Origin: Corynebacterium glutamicum ATCC 13032
GTDB lineage: Bacteria > Actinomycetota > Actinomycetes > Mycobacteriales > Mycobacteriaceae
NCBI RefSeq assembly: GCF_000011325.1
Contig: NC_003450.3
Span: 2,340,001 to 2,372,000, forward strand
Length of the DNA: 32,000 nt
Reading direction: 5' to 3'
Position 1 is the first letter of the stretch. Each line of letters starts with the position of its first letter. Below, in pieces: positions 1 through 8,829 of the stretch. The notes below the pieces were generated by a model. That model had not been told where the DNA came from. It saw only the letters and a program-made list of their open reading frames with translations, and searched no databases. A program made the translations under genes and the position numbers.

Positions 1-1
1 A

Positions 2-1297
2 CTCGGCGAATCCGTCACCGAAGGCACCATTACCCAGTGGCTCAAGGCTGTCGGCGACACCGTCGAAGTAGACGAACCACTTCTTGAGGTCTCCACCGAC
101 AAGGTCGACACCGAAATCCCATCCCCAGTAGCAGGCACCATCGTGGAGATCCTTGCAGACGAAGACGACACCGTCGACGTCGGCGCAGTCATCGCCCGCA
201 TCGGTGACGCAAACGCAGCTGCAGCACCTGCCGAAGAGGAAGCAGCTCCTGCCGAAGAGGAGGAACCAGTTAAGGAAGAGCCAAAGAAGGAAGAGCCCAA
301 GAAGGAAGAGCCCAAGAAGGAAGCAGCTACTACACCTGCTGCGGCATCCGCAACTGTGTCCGCTTCTGGCGACAACGTTCCATACGTCACCCCACTGGTG
401 CGCAAGCTTGCTGAAAAGCACGGCGTTGACTTGAACACCGTGACCGGTACCGGTATCGGTGGCCGTATCCGCAAGCAGGATGTTTTGGCTGCTGCGAACG
501 GCGAGGCTGCACCTGCTGAGGCTGCTGCTCCTGTTTCCGCTTGGTCCACTAAGTCTGTTGACCCTGAGAAGGCTAAGCTCCGTGGTACCACTCAGAAGGT
601 CAACCGCATCCGTGAGATCACCGCGATGAAGACCGTCGAGGCTCTGCAGATTTCTGCTCAGCTCACCCAGCTGCACGAGGTCGATATGACTCGCGTTGCT
701 GAGCTGCGTAAGAAGAACAAGCCCGCGTTCATCGAGAAGCACGGTGTGAACCTCACTTACCTGCCATTCTTCGTGAAGGCAGTTGTCGAGGCTTTGGTTT
801 CCCATCCAAACGTCAACGCGTCTTTCAACGCGAAGACCAAGGAGATGACCTACCACTCCTCCGTTAACCTCTCCATCGCTGTTGATACCCCAGCTGGTCT
901 GTTGACCCCAGTCATTCACGATGCTCAGGATCTCTCCATCCCAGAGATCGCAAAGGCAATTGTTGACCTGGCTGATCGTTCACGCAACAACAAGCTGAAG
1001 CCAAACGATCTGTCCGGTGGCACCTTCACCATCACCAACATTGGTTCTGAAGGCGCACTGTCTGATACCCCAATCCTGGTTCCACCACAGGCTGGCATCT
1101 TGGGCACCGGCGCGATCGTGAAGCGTCCAGTTGTCATCACCGAGGATGGAATTGATTCCATCGCGATCCGTCAGATGGTCTTCCTACCACTGACCTACGA
1201 CCACCAGGTTGTAGATGGCGCAGATGCTGGTCGCTTCCTGACCACCATCAAGGACCGCCTTGAGACCGCTAACTTCGAAGGCGATCTGCAGCTCTAA
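2..1297 (+). CDS. sucB: Dihydrolipoamide acyltransferase E2 of 2-oxoacid dehydrogenase complexes (C-terminal ~430 aa; 5' end outside window)
   Basis: Frame is open from nt 2 to the TAA at 1295-1297. Translation shows a lipoyl domain ([23 protein letters not shown]), Ala/Pro/Glu/Lys linkers, a peripheral-subunit-binding segment ([31 protein letters not shown]) and a catalytic domain with the DHxxxDG motif ([12 protein letters not shown]). Confidence 0.93.
   Translation, partial: LGESVTEGTITQWLKAVGDTVEVDEPLLEVSTDKVDTEIPSPVAGTIVEILADEDDTVDVGAVIARIGDANAAAAPAEEEAAPAEEEEPVKEEPKKEEPKKEEPKKEAATTPAAASATVSASGDNVPYVTPLVRKLAEKHGVDLNTVTGTGIGGRIRKQDVLAAANGEAAPAEAAAPVSAWSTKSVDPEKAKLRGTTQKVNRIREITAMKTVEALQISAQLTQLHEVDMTRVAELRKKNKPAFIEKHGVNLTYLPFFVKAVVEALVSHPNVNASFNAKTKEMTYHSSVNLSIAVDTPAGLLTPVIHDAQDLSIPEIAKAIVDLADRSRNNKLKPNDLSGGTFTITNIGSEGALSDTPILVPPQAGILGTGAIVKRPVVITEDGIDSIAIRQMVFLPLTYDHQVVDGADAGRFLTTIKDRLETANFEGDLQL
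275..319 (+). repeat. In-frame 3 x 15-bp tandem repeat (GAAGAGCC[A/C]AAGAAG) encoding (EEPKK)3 in an E2 interdomain linker
   Basis: Read directly from the sequence. It follows a two-fold AAPAEEE repeat at about 221-262. This is a coding low-complexity linker, not an independent element. Confidence 0.85.
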
Positions 1298-1311
1298 GAT
1301 CTCTGCAAGTT

Positions 1312-1350
1312 AAAACCGCCACTCCCCTTTCACTGGGGAGTGGCGGTTTT
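1312..1350 (+). terminator. Rho-independent terminator after the E2 gene
   Basis: AAAACCGCCACTCCCC (1312-1327) pairs perfectly with GGGGAGTGGCGGTTTT (1335-1350). The loop is 7 nt and the 3' side is T-rich. Confidence 0.85.
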
Positions 1351-1412
1351 GTCGTTTCATGCATGCAGTGTGTGACTTATCAACCTTGTTAGGGCTAGGG
1401 TGGATATCTATC

Positions 1413-2168
1413 ATGACTGCACCAAGAGATCCTTTTTTCCCCGCAGATCTTTCTATCCGCGCGTCTGCAGAGCCCATTGAAATTCAGCGGTTGGGTTTGA
1501 TCGATTATCAAGAGGCCTGGGATTATCAAGCAGAGCTTGCTACCCGTAGGGCTAATGATGAAATCCCTGATCAGCTGCTTATTTTGGAGCACCCGTCGGT
1601 GTATACCGCAGGTAAGCGCACCCAGCCGGAAGATCTTCCCACCAACGGACTGCCGGTGATCAATGCTGATCGTGGTGGTCGCATCACGTGGCATGGTCCT
1701 GGCCAATTGGTGATCTATCCGATCATCAAATTAGCCGATCCGATCGATGTGGTTGATTACGTAAGACGCCTCGAGGAAGCGCTCATCCAAGTTGTCGGCG
1801 ATATGGGTGTTGCCGGCGCTGGGCGCATTGATGGGCGTTCGGGTGTGTGGGTGCCAGCTCATGATGGTTGGGTGGACAGCAAGGTTGCGGCCATCGGCAT
1901 TCGAATAACTCGTGGTGTTGCAATGCACGGTGTGGCCATCAACTGCAACAACACGTTGGATTTCTATGAGCACATCATTCCGTGTGGCATTGCTGATGCA
2001 GGCTTGAGCACACTCTCGAGGGAACTGAAAAGGGACGTTTCAGTTGAGGAATTAGTCGAGCCATCGATCCGCGCATTGGATGATGCTTTGGCTGGTCGGC
2101 TGGTTGTTTCTGATCATTCTTTCGGCAGCGCGCCCGACCCAACTAAGAATCTCCCTAAACGGGGGTAG
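1413..2168 (+). CDS. lipB: Octanoyl/lipoyl-[ACP]:protein transferase
   Basis: The ORF track gives 1359-2168. The internal ATG at 1413 (MTAPRDPFF...) yields 251 aa. LipB signatures are present: [22 protein letters not shown] and the catalytic Cys region HIIPCGI. It sits next to lipA. Confidence 0.9.
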
Positions 2169-2238
2169 TACGAGGAATTTTGTCGGTGGGGCGCCTCGTT
2201 GAAGCGAAGTAGAGCCGATTGCAGAATCGGCGGAATGA

Positions 2239-2252
2239 GACGTCGAAAAGCG
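2239..2252 (+). repeat. Copy of the RCGTCGAAAAGCR motif (GACGTCGAAAAGCG)
   Basis: Exact 11-mer at 2241-2251 in the lipB-lipA spacer, 54 nt upstream of the lipA GTG. Confidence 0.9.
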
Positions 2253-2304
2253 TTTAAGCTTTCCCTAAAAATATCACTAACTCGAAAGATGTAAGGTTGC
2301 ATTT

Positions 2305-3351
2305 GTGACTATCGCACCTGAAGGACGACGACTGCTACGCGTCGAAGCTCGAAACTCAGAAACCCCGATTGAGACGAAGCCTCGATGGATTAGAAACCAG
2401 GTCAAAAACGGACCTGAGTATCAGGATATGAAGGAACGTGTCGCTGGCGCATCACTACACACTGTGTGTCAGGAGGCTGGCTGTCCTAATATCCATGAGT
2501 GTTGGGAATCCCGTGAGGCAACCTTCCTCATTGGTGGCGCCAACTGCTCTCGCCGCTGTGATTTCTGCATGATCAACTCGGCTCGCCCTGAGCCACTCGA
2601 CCGCGGTGAGCCACTGCGTGTCGCTGAGTCTGTTCGTGAGATGCAGCTGAATTACTCCACCATCACCGGTGTTACCCGTGATGATCTGGATGATGAAGGC
2701 GCATGGCTGTACTCAGAAGTGGTTCGTAAGATCCACGAGCTGAACCCACACACCGGTGTGGAAAACCTGGTGCCTGATTTCTCCGGCAAGAAGGATCTGC
2801 TGCAGGAAGTTTTTGAATCCCGCCCAGAGGTTTTCGCTCACAACGTGGAAACTGTGCCACGTATTTTCAAGCGCATTCGCCCAGCATTCCGCTACGAGCG
2901 TTCACTTGATGTGATCCGTCAGGCTCGCGATTTCGGTCTGGTGACCAAGTCCAACCTGATTTTGGGCATGGGTGAAACCAAGGAAGAAATCACCGAGGCG
3001 CTGCAGGATCTGCACGACGCTGGCTGTGACATCATCACCATCACCCAGTACCTGCGTCCTGGTCCTTTGTTCCACCCCATCGAGCGTTGGGTGAAGCCTG
3101 AGGAGTTCCTCGAGCACGCTGATGCTGCAAAGGAAATGGGCTTCGCTGCTGTTATGTCCGGCCCATTGGTTCGTTCCTCTTACCGTGCAGGCCGTCTGTA
3201 CGCGCAGGCCATGGAGTTCCGTGGCGAGGAAATCCCAGCACACCTCGCGCACCTGAAGGATACTTCCGGAGGATCCACCGCCCAGGAAGCATCTACACTT
3301 CTGGAGCGTTACGGTGCTTCCGAAGACACCCCAGTGGTGTCCTTCAACTAA
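2305..3351 (+). CDS. lipA: Lipoyl synthase (radical SAM)
   Basis: 348-aa ORF with a GTG start. It carries the auxiliary cluster motif [12 protein letters not shown], the radical-SAM CxxxCxxC motif (CSRRCDFC) and a C-terminal RSSY motif. Confidence 0.95.
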   Translation: MTIAPEGRRLLRVEARNSETPIETKPRWIRNQVKNGPEYQDMKERVAGASLHTVCQEAGCPNIHECWESREATFLIGGANCSRRCDFCMINSARPEPLDRGEPLRVAESVREMQLNYSTITGVTRDDLDDEGAWLYSEVVRKIHELNPHTGVENLVPDFSGKKDLLQEVFESRPEVFAHNVETVPRIFKRIRPAFRYERSLDVIRQARDFGLVTKSNLILGMGETKEEITEALQDLHDAGCDIITITQYLRPGPLFHPIERWVKPEEFLEHADAAKEMGFAAVMSGPLVRSSYRAGRLYAQAMEFRGEEIPAHLAHLKDTSGGSTAQEASTLLERYGASEDTPVVSFN

Positions 3352-3365
3352 GCCCGAAGTTTTTT

Positions 3366-3400
3366 AACCGCCGCATTCGATCACCAAATGTGGCGGTTTT
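3366..3400 (+). terminator. Rho-independent terminator after lipA
   Basis: AACCGCCGCAT (3366-3376) pairs with ATGTGGCGGTT (3388-3398) with one G-U pair, followed by TTTT. Confidence 0.8.
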
Positions 3401-3413
3401 GCGTCGAAAAGCG
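3401..3413 (+). repeat. Copy of the RCGTCGAAAAGCR motif (GCGTCGAAAAGCG)
   Basis: Exact 11-mer at 3402-3412. It directly abuts the U-tract of the lipA terminator and lies 68 nt upstream of the next start codon. Confidence 0.9.
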
Positions 3414-3479
3414 TGCTCTTTCTACACCTCTTTGAGGTTCATTTTCGCGGTTTCCTCACAATCGCCTATTGTTAAGTAC

Positions 3480-4262
3480 ATGGCAGACGCGAAAAAGCAG
3501 GCGGATAAAGCCGCCAAGAAGCAGGTAAGAGCAGCCAAGAAGGCACAGCGCAAGGAGACTCGCTCACAAATGTGGCAGGTCTTCAACATGCAACGCAAGC
3601 AGGATAAGGCTCTTATTCCGCTTCTGTTGCTCGCTATTCTTGGTATCCCGCTGGTCCTTTTCCTCATCGGTTTGATTTGGGGTGGTCAGTGGTGGATGCT
3701 TCCGATCGGCATTGCTGCAGGTGTTGTAGCTGCAATGTTTATTTTCACCCGTCGCGTTGAGCGTGACGTGTACAAGCGCGCCGAAGGTCAGCAGGGTGCT
3801 GCTGGTTGGGCTGTGGAGAACCTCCGCTCTGGCGTGGGCATGACCTGGCGCACCAAGACCGCTGTTGCAGTGACCACTCAGATGGATGCAGTGCACCGCG
3901 TCATTGGTCTGTGTGGTGTTGTGCTGGTCGGCGAGGGCTCCCCTCACCGCCTGAAGCCAATGCTTGCGCAGCAAAAGAAGCGCCTGAACCGCGTGGCACC
4001 TGGTGTTCCAGTGTATGAAATCATCACGGGCAACGGCGAAGGCCAGACCCCTATCGCGAAGCTGCAGCGTGAACTGGTCAAGCTGCCTCGCAACTACAAG
4101 AAGAACGACGTCGCTGCCCTGGCCGCTCGCATTGAGGCTATGGACAATGTCGGAAACGCTCCTGGCGGATCTTTGCCTAAGGGTCCATTGCCAAAGGGCG
4201 CAAGCATGTCCGGTATGAACCGCCGCGCTCGCCGACAGGCTGAACGCAAGGGCGAGGCTTAA
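3480..4262 (+). CDS. DUF4191-type membrane protein (Lys-rich N-terminus, two TM helices)
   Basis: The ORF track gives 3390-4262. The ATG at 3480 (MADAKKQADKAAKKQVRAAKKAQRKE...) gives 260 aa. Two adjacent hydrophobic helices follow (LIPLLLLAILGIPLVLFLIGLIW, WMLPIGIAAGVVAAMFIF). From memory, the position downstream of lipA matches the mycobacterial Rv2219 neighbourhood. Confidence 0.8.
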   Translation: MADAKKQADKAAKKQVRAAKKAQRKETRSQMWQVFNMQRKQDKALIPLLLLAILGIPLVLFLIGLIWGGQWWMLPIGIAAGVVAAMFIFTRRVERDVYKRAEGQQGAAGWAVENLRSGVGMTWRTKTAVAVTTQMDAVHRVIGLCGVVLVGEGSPHRLKPMLAQQKKRLNRVAPGVPVYEIITGNGEGQTPIAKLQRELVKLPRNYKKNDVAALAARIEAMDNVGNAPGGSLPKGPLPKGASMSGMNRRARRQAERKGEA

Positions 4263-4303
4263 AGCCTTTTCGCTTTCGCGTCGGCGCCGAAGTTTTTTAA
4301 AAG

Positions 4304-4337
4304 CCGCACTTCACCAACTTGGGTGTGGTGCGGTTTT
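4304..4337 (+). terminator. Rho-independent terminator
   Basis: CCGCACTTCACC pairs with GGTGTGGTGCGG (2-nt internal mismatch), followed by TTTTT. Confidence 0.75.
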
Positions 4338-4431
4338 TGCGTGCTCTGGTTTAGGGACTGGTTTTGGGAACGTGCCCAGTTCCACATCAAATAACGCTGA
4401 GGTCGTACTTAATCCATGAGATCATGAATGG

Positions 4432-6051
4432 GTGAGCTTCCTTGTAGAAAATCAATTACTCGCGTTGGTTGTCATCATGACGGTCGGACTATTGCTCGGC
4501 CGCATCAAAATTTTCGGGTTCCGTCTCGGCGTCGCCGCTGTACTGTTTGTAGGTCTAGCGCTATCCACCATTGAGCCGGATATTTCCGTCCCATCCCTCA
4601 TTTACGTGGTTGGACTGTCGCTTTTTGTCTACACGATCGGTCTGGAAGCCGGCCCTGGATTCTTCACCTCCATGAAAACCACTGGTCTGCGCAACAACGC
4701 ACTGACCTTGGGCGCCATCATCGCCACCACGGCACTCGCATGGGCACTCATCACAGTTTTGAACATCGATGCCGCCTCCGGCGCCGGCATGCTCACCGGC
4801 GCGCTCACCAACACCCCAGCCATGGCCGCAGTTGTTGACGCACTTCCTTCGCTTATCGACGACACCGGCCAGCTTCACCTCATCGCCGAGCTGCCCGTCG
4901 TCGCATATTCCTTGGCATACCCCCTCGGTGTGCTCATCGTTATTCTCTCCATCGCCATCTTCAGCTCTGTGTTCAAAGTCGACCACAACAAAGAAGCCGA
5001 AGAAGCGGGCGTTGCGGTCCAGGAACTCAAAGGCCGTCGCATCCGCGTCACCGTCGCTGATCTTCCAGCCCTGGAGAACATCCCAGAGCTGCTCAACCTC
5101 CACGTCATTGTGTCCCGAGTGGAACGAGACGGTGAGCAATTCATCCCGCTTTATGGCGAACACGCACGCATCGGCGATGTCTTAACAGTGGTGGGTGCCG
5201 ATGAAGAACTCAACCGCGCGGAAAAAGCCATCGGTGAACTCATTGACGGCGACCCCTACAGCAATGTGGAACTTGATTACCGACGCATCTTCGTCTCAAA
5301 CACAGCAGTCGTGGGCACTCCCCTATCCAAGCTCCAGCCACTGTTTAAAGACATGCTGATCACCCGCATCAGGCGCGGCGACACAGATTTGGTGGCCTCC
5401 TCCGACATGACTTTGCAGCTCGGTGACCGTGTCCGCGTTGTCGCACCAGCAGAAAAACTCCGCGAAGCAACCCAATTGCTCGGCGATTCCTACAAGAAAC
5501 TCTCCGATTTCAACCTGCTCCCACTCGCTGCCGGCCTCATGATCGGTGTGCTTGTCGGCATGGTGGAGTTCCCACTACCAGGTGGAAGCTCCCTGAAACT
5601 GGGTAACGCAGGTGGACCGCTAGTTGTTGCGCTGCTGCTCGGCATGATCAATCGCACAGGCAAGTTCGTCTGGCAAATCCCCTACGGAGCAAACCTTGCC
5701 CTTCGCCAACTGGGCATCACACTATTTTTGGCTGCCATCGGTACCTCAGCGGGCGCAGGATTTCGATCAGCGATCAGCGACCCCCAATCACTCACCATCA
5801 TCGGCTTCGGTGCGCTGCTCACTTTGTTCATCTCCATCACGGTGCTGTTCGTTGGCCACAAACTGATGAAAATCCCCTTCGGTGAAACCGCTGGCATCCT
5901 CGCCGGTACGCAAACCCACCCTGCTGTGCTGAGTTATGTGTCAGATGCCTCCCGCAACGAGCTCCCTGCCATGGGTTATACCTCTGTGTATCCGCTGGCG
6001 ATGATCGCAAAGATCCTGGCCGCCCAAACGTTGTTGTTCCTACTTATCTAG
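4432..6051 (+). CDS. sucE: AAE-family (YidE/YbjL, aspartate:alanine-exchanger family) transporter with two central TrkA-C/RCK-C domains; position matches the C. glutamicum succinate exporter
   Basis: 539 aa with a GTG start. Hydrophobic N- and C-terminal halves flank two soluble repeats (RIRVTVADLP...IGDVLTVVGADEEL and RRIFVSNTAVVG...LGDRVRVVAPAEKL). The gene name is recalled from the locus (cg2425/NCgl2130) and was not verified. Confidence 0.8.
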   Translation: MSFLVENQLLALVVIMTVGLLLGRIKIFGFRLGVAAVLFVGLALSTIEPDISVPSLIYVVGLSLFVYTIGLEAGPGFFTSMKTTGLRNNALTLGAIIATTALAWALITVLNIDAASGAGMLTGALTNTPAMAAVVDALPSLIDDTGQLHLIAELPVVAYSLAYPLGVLIVILSIAIFSSVFKVDHNKEAEEAGVAVQELKGRRIRVTVADLPALENIPELLNLHVIVSRVERDGEQFIPLYGEHARIGDVLTVVGADEELNRAEKAIGELIDGDPYSNVELDYRRIFVSNTAVVGTPLSKLQPLFKDMLITRIRRGDTDLVASSDMTLQLGDRVRVVAPAEKLREATQLLGDSYKKLSDFNLLPLAAGLMIGVLVGMVEFPLPGGSSLKLGNAGGPLVVALLLGMINRTGKFVWQIPYGANLALRQLGITLFLAAIGTSAGAGFRSAISDPQSLTIIGFGALLTLFISITVLFVGHKLMKIPFGETAGILAGTQTHPAVLSYVSDASRNELPAMGYTSVYPLAMIAKILAAQTLLFLLI

Positions 6052-6056
6052 CATTG

Positions 6057-6099
6057 ACCCCTTAAGCGCAGAAGGCGATTTAAGGGGTTGGGTTTTCCC
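6057..6099 (+). terminator. Terminator-like hairpin after the transporter gene
   Basis: ACCCCTTAA (6057-6065) pairs with TTAAGGGGT (6080-6088), followed by TGGGTTTT. Confidence 0.5.
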
Positions 6100-6276
6100 G
6101 ATGACTAGTTGGTCCAGATCGTGTATTTGAGGCCCTTAGGGGCGATTCTGGGGCTGATGTTTTTGTGTCCATTGGGGCTGGTGTGAATACTGAGGAGTTG
6201 CTGCAAGATTGCTGTTCAACTTCTCGGCATAGATCGCCGAGATGCCTCTAAATCGAACGAATTTTTGCATAATAGG

Positions 6277-7918
6277 GACGGCGAATTCAATCGGTGGATG
6301 CACCAACTACGATTTTTTCATATACCTGCGTCGCGCTTTTAAAACCATGCATTTTCCGCGGCCGGTAATTCAGCAGATCCTGTGCCCGCTGAACTTCTTC
6401 GTCACTTACTTTAGCAAAATTAGTGCCCTTCGGGAAAAAATCCCTGACCAATCCATTCGTATTCTCATTCGACCCACGCTGCCACGGCGAATGAGGATCA
6501 CAGAAAAACACCGGACACTTGGTCACCACGCTAAACCGCGCATGCTCTGCCATCTCCACACCCTGATCCCACGTCAAACTCCGACGCAACGCCTGCGGCA
6601 AATCACCCATCATCTCCACCAACGCATCCGTCACAGTCGACGCCTCATGATTAACCCCCAACCGCTTAATCAACGTCAACCGGCTCGTGCGCTCCACCAA
6701 CGTCACCAACGCTGTCGCTTGGTTTTCACCACCAATTACTAAATCGCCCTCCCAGTGCCCAGGCACAGCACGATCAGCAACTTCTGCTGGGCGTTGACTA
6801 ATCAACGCACCCTCCACCCACGGCTTACCTCTCGATGGCAACTTCGACTGCGGTTTACGTCCCTTCCGACCGGTACGAAGAAATTTCTCCACCTTCAATT
6901 CATCACGCAACGCCCCTTTACCTTGAACATATAACGCCTGGTAAATAGTTTCATGACTAATCTGCATAGAGCTATCGTTAGCATGCTCGGTGGCTAAAAG
7001 ACCAGAAATCTGCTCCGGAGATAATTTATTATTCAACGCCTCGACCACCACAGCCCGAAGCCTACGATTGGCATCAAGTTTCGGTGTTTTCGGACGCGCT
7101 AGTTTCCTGATCGCACCTTCATAGGAGTCGCGTGCACGATAACGTCCATCATCATCTTGACCACGTCGAAGTTCCCTGGAAATTGTTTGCCGACACCGAC
7201 CCAGGCGTCGACCGATTTCTGCTGCACTGACCCCGGTGTCATGGAAACGTTGGATCATCATTTTCTCTTCTAACGATAATCGTGTGCCTTGTCCTACGAC
7301 TTTGATTTCATCAGCAAATAACGGCACTACACACGACATATAAGAAAAGCGTAATGATGGTGGTGGAGCAAGATGAAGTAAGGCCCCACACACCTGTGCT
7401 GGCAACCCCAACGCAGATAACTCGTCAAACAGTGTTGTGTAGTCCTCACGCAACACTTGATGGAGTGTGCGTGGCCCATAATAAGGGCCCATCACCGGGG
7501 CGTGGATGAATTCAGCTGCTCGCTTGCCGGTGCGCAAGGTGGCTGCGCGTTGGCGAAGCTTGTCTGGGCCTTGTTTGCGCCATAGGGATATATTGGCCCG
7601 AGTCATGCCGACATACTCGCCGATTTCTCGGGGTAGGCATCCTTTCTCTAGCATGCTGGCTGCAATCTCAAGTTTCTCGGCGGTGTCAAAAGCATTGCCA
7701 CCTCGCGGGCCGCGGGTCAGTTTCACCCCGGCGGCCTTCGCCCACTTTCGCCCGGTGAATTCACTGACCCCGACCGCTGTAGACGCAGCAAGACCTGACA
7801 TACCTTGATTGATCATGTCGAGGAAAGCCGTACGGCTTTCCTCTGGGATTGTTCTACGAATGCCCACTTCGCACCCTTCGGGTTGCTCGTGGTGCATTCA
7901 CCCCCTGAACCCGCCGAC
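6277..7918 (-). mobile_element. IS30-family insertion sequence (ISCg2-like), about 1.64 kb
   Basis: Imperfect terminal inverted repeats match 22 of 29 positions by hand alignment: GACGGCGAATTCAATCGGTGGATGCACCA (6277-6305) against the reverse complement of 7890-7918 (GTCGGCGGGTTCAGGGGGTGAATGCACCA). A single DDE transposase ORF fills the element. Ends are uncertain by about 5 bp. Confidence 0.85.
6287..7897 (-). CDS. IS30-family DDE transposase (536-aa ORF; true start may be an internal Met)
   Basis: The C-terminal half carries IS30-type catalytic-core signatures (HWEGDLV, LTWDQGVEM, FCDPHSPWQRGSNENTNGLVRDFFPKG). The N-terminal part has HTH-like segments. The ATG lies inside the right IR and the TGA inside the left IR. 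Confidence 0.88.
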   Translation of the reverse strand: MHHEQPEGCEVGIRRTIPEESRTAFLDMINQGMSGLAASTAVGVSEFTGRKWAKAAGVKLTRGPRGGNAFDTAEKLEIAASMLEKGCLPREIGEYVGMTRANISLWRKQGPDKLRQRAATLRTGKRAAEFIHAPVMGPYYGPRTLHQVLREDYTTLFDELSALGLPAQVCGALLHLAPPPSLRFSYMSCVVPLFADEIKVVGQGTRLSLEEKMMIQRFHDTGVSAAEIGRRLGRCRQTISRELRRGQDDDGRYRARDSYEGAIRKLARPKTPKLDANRRLRAVVVEALNNKLSPEQISGLLATEHANDSSMQISHETIYQALYVQGKGALRDELKVEKFLRTGRKGRKPQSKLPSRGKPWVEGALISQRPAEVADRAVPGHWEGDLVIGGENQATALVTLVERTSRLTLIKRLGVNHEASTVTDALVEMMGDLPQALRRSLTWDQGVEMAEHARFSVVTKCPVFFCDPHSPWQRGSNENTNGLVRDFFPKGTNFAKVSDEEVQRAQDLLNYRPRKMHGFKSATQVYEKIVVGASTD

Positions 7919-8024
7919 TAATTGGAGCCAATACTCGATTAGGATCAGCGATTCAGCTCTGTGCGGGGACGAAAATTTGCAACTCTCGCTTTGGCTAGCT
8001 AGATCAACCCCAACCAAGCACGAA

Positions 8025-8054
8025 GGGCGTCGATCCCCGCAAAGATCGGCGCCC
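8025..8054 (-). terminator. Hairpin downstream of the RDD gene (weak U-tract)
   Basis: GGGCGTCGATC (8025-8035) pairs with GATCGGCGCCC (8044-8054), giving an 11-bp stem with one G-U pair and an 8-nt loop. It lies 22 nt beyond the stop at 8076. Confidence 0.45.
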
Positions 8055-8075
8055 ATAAATTTCACTCAAGACAAA

Positions 8076-8549
8076 TTACCCGCGGATAACTGCAGTTCCC
8101 GTTGCCTTGTCGTGGAGCCCACGGCCGTCAGCATCCACCATCACGGCAGGCAGAATCAAGATCGTCAGCAGTGGGCGAACCAGCGCACGCCACCAGCCCA
8201 CACGTTCCTCTGCATCCACACGCGCAAGGCCCATGCCAAACACGGCATGACCTGGGGTGCGAGCAAAGATCCAACCGGTAAGCCAACCCAGGATCACGAA
8301 AATAATGAGCGTGGATGTCGCTACATCGCCCAGCACATCCGTGAAATTGGACAGCACAATAGCAATAACCCAGGAAACACCCCAGTCCACGCAGACCCCG
8401 CCGATACGACGAGCCACTGAGGACAGAGAGCCGGCCCCTTCTTGAGGAAGCCCCAACTTTTCGCCAGGCCACCTGCCGGGTGCATCAGGATCGTCAAAAT
8501 CAGCTGGAATTTCGGGTCCGTCAAGCCAACTTCTCTTCGGCTTTGCCAT
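8076..8549 (-). CDS. RDD-family membrane protein
   Basis: The ORF track gives 8076-8567. The ATG at 8549 (MAKPKRSWLDGPE...) is the likely start. There are three hydrophobic segments, and the C-terminal GRGLHDKATGTAVI is typical of RDD domains. Confidence 0.75.
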   Translation of the reverse strand: MAKPKRSWLDGPEIPADFDDPDAPGRWPGEKLGLPQEGAGSLSSVARRIGGVCVDWGVSWVIAIVLSNFTDVLGDVATSTLIIFVILGWLTGWIFARTPGHAVFGMGLARVDAEERVGWWRALVRPLLTILILPAVMVDADGRGLHDKATGTAVIRG

Positions 8550-8603
8550 TGTTACAATCAAATCCAAACATGTAGAGGGCGGATACTGCAGTCAAAAGGC
8601 GTT

Positions 8604-8623
8604 GCTTTTCGACGTCGCAAAGC
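8604..8623. promoter_or_regulatory. 20-bp near-perfect palindrome GCTTTTCGAC|GTCGCAAAGC built from two inverted copies of the recurrent motif
   Basis: 9 of 10 positions are symmetric around a GACGTC centre. It lies in the divergent RDD/glnA intergenic region, 55 nt from the RDD start and 207 nt from the glnA start. Confidence 0.6.
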
Positions 8624-8681
8624 GCAATTTCCTACCTTTAAGATCCTAATCTGTTGAGGTCAGCCACAATTTTTCAGAAAA

Positions 8682-8703
8682 GTTTTGATAGATCGACAGG
8701 TAA
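8682..8703. promoter_or_regulatory. Candidate AmtR box upstream of glnA
   Basis: The minus strand reads CTGT-CGATCT-ATCA followed by AAAA. The recalled AmtR consensus is tttCTAT-N6-AtAGaaA, so there are 2 core mismatches. TATACT at 8709-8714 is a possible -10 element. Confidence 0.4.
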
Positions 8704-8829
8704 TGCATTATACTGACAACGTCGCAAGGACTACATTTGCAGCCAAGTCTACTACTTGATCTTCAAAGGTCAGCAATTGTGAACAAAGCTACAAATAAAC
8801 CGTTCCGCCCATGTCAATGAGGAGTCACC

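Noticed and set aside
275-319. 15-bp tandem repeat considered as a possible VNTR or CRISPR-like array
   Set aside because: It is in-frame inside the E2 linker, where it encodes (EEPKK)3. It has no spacers and belongs to ordinary low-complexity linker coding sequence.
4561-5163. 200-aa minus-strand ORF and other antisense ORFs inside the transporter gene
   Set aside because: They are shadow ORFs of a GC-rich membrane-protein gene. The plus-strand AAE-family reading is compelling.
6270-7922. TAAT on both sides of the IS as a target-site duplication
   Set aside because: The left copy is 3 nt further from the aligned IR end than the right copy, and the sequence is AT-rich and short. I could not establish a duplication without an empty-site allele.
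6242-8420. Plus-strand ORFs 6242-6742, 7506-7808 and 7809-8420
   Set aside because: They lie antisense to the transposase or the RDD gene. Their composition is typical of shadow ORFs and I see no start context.
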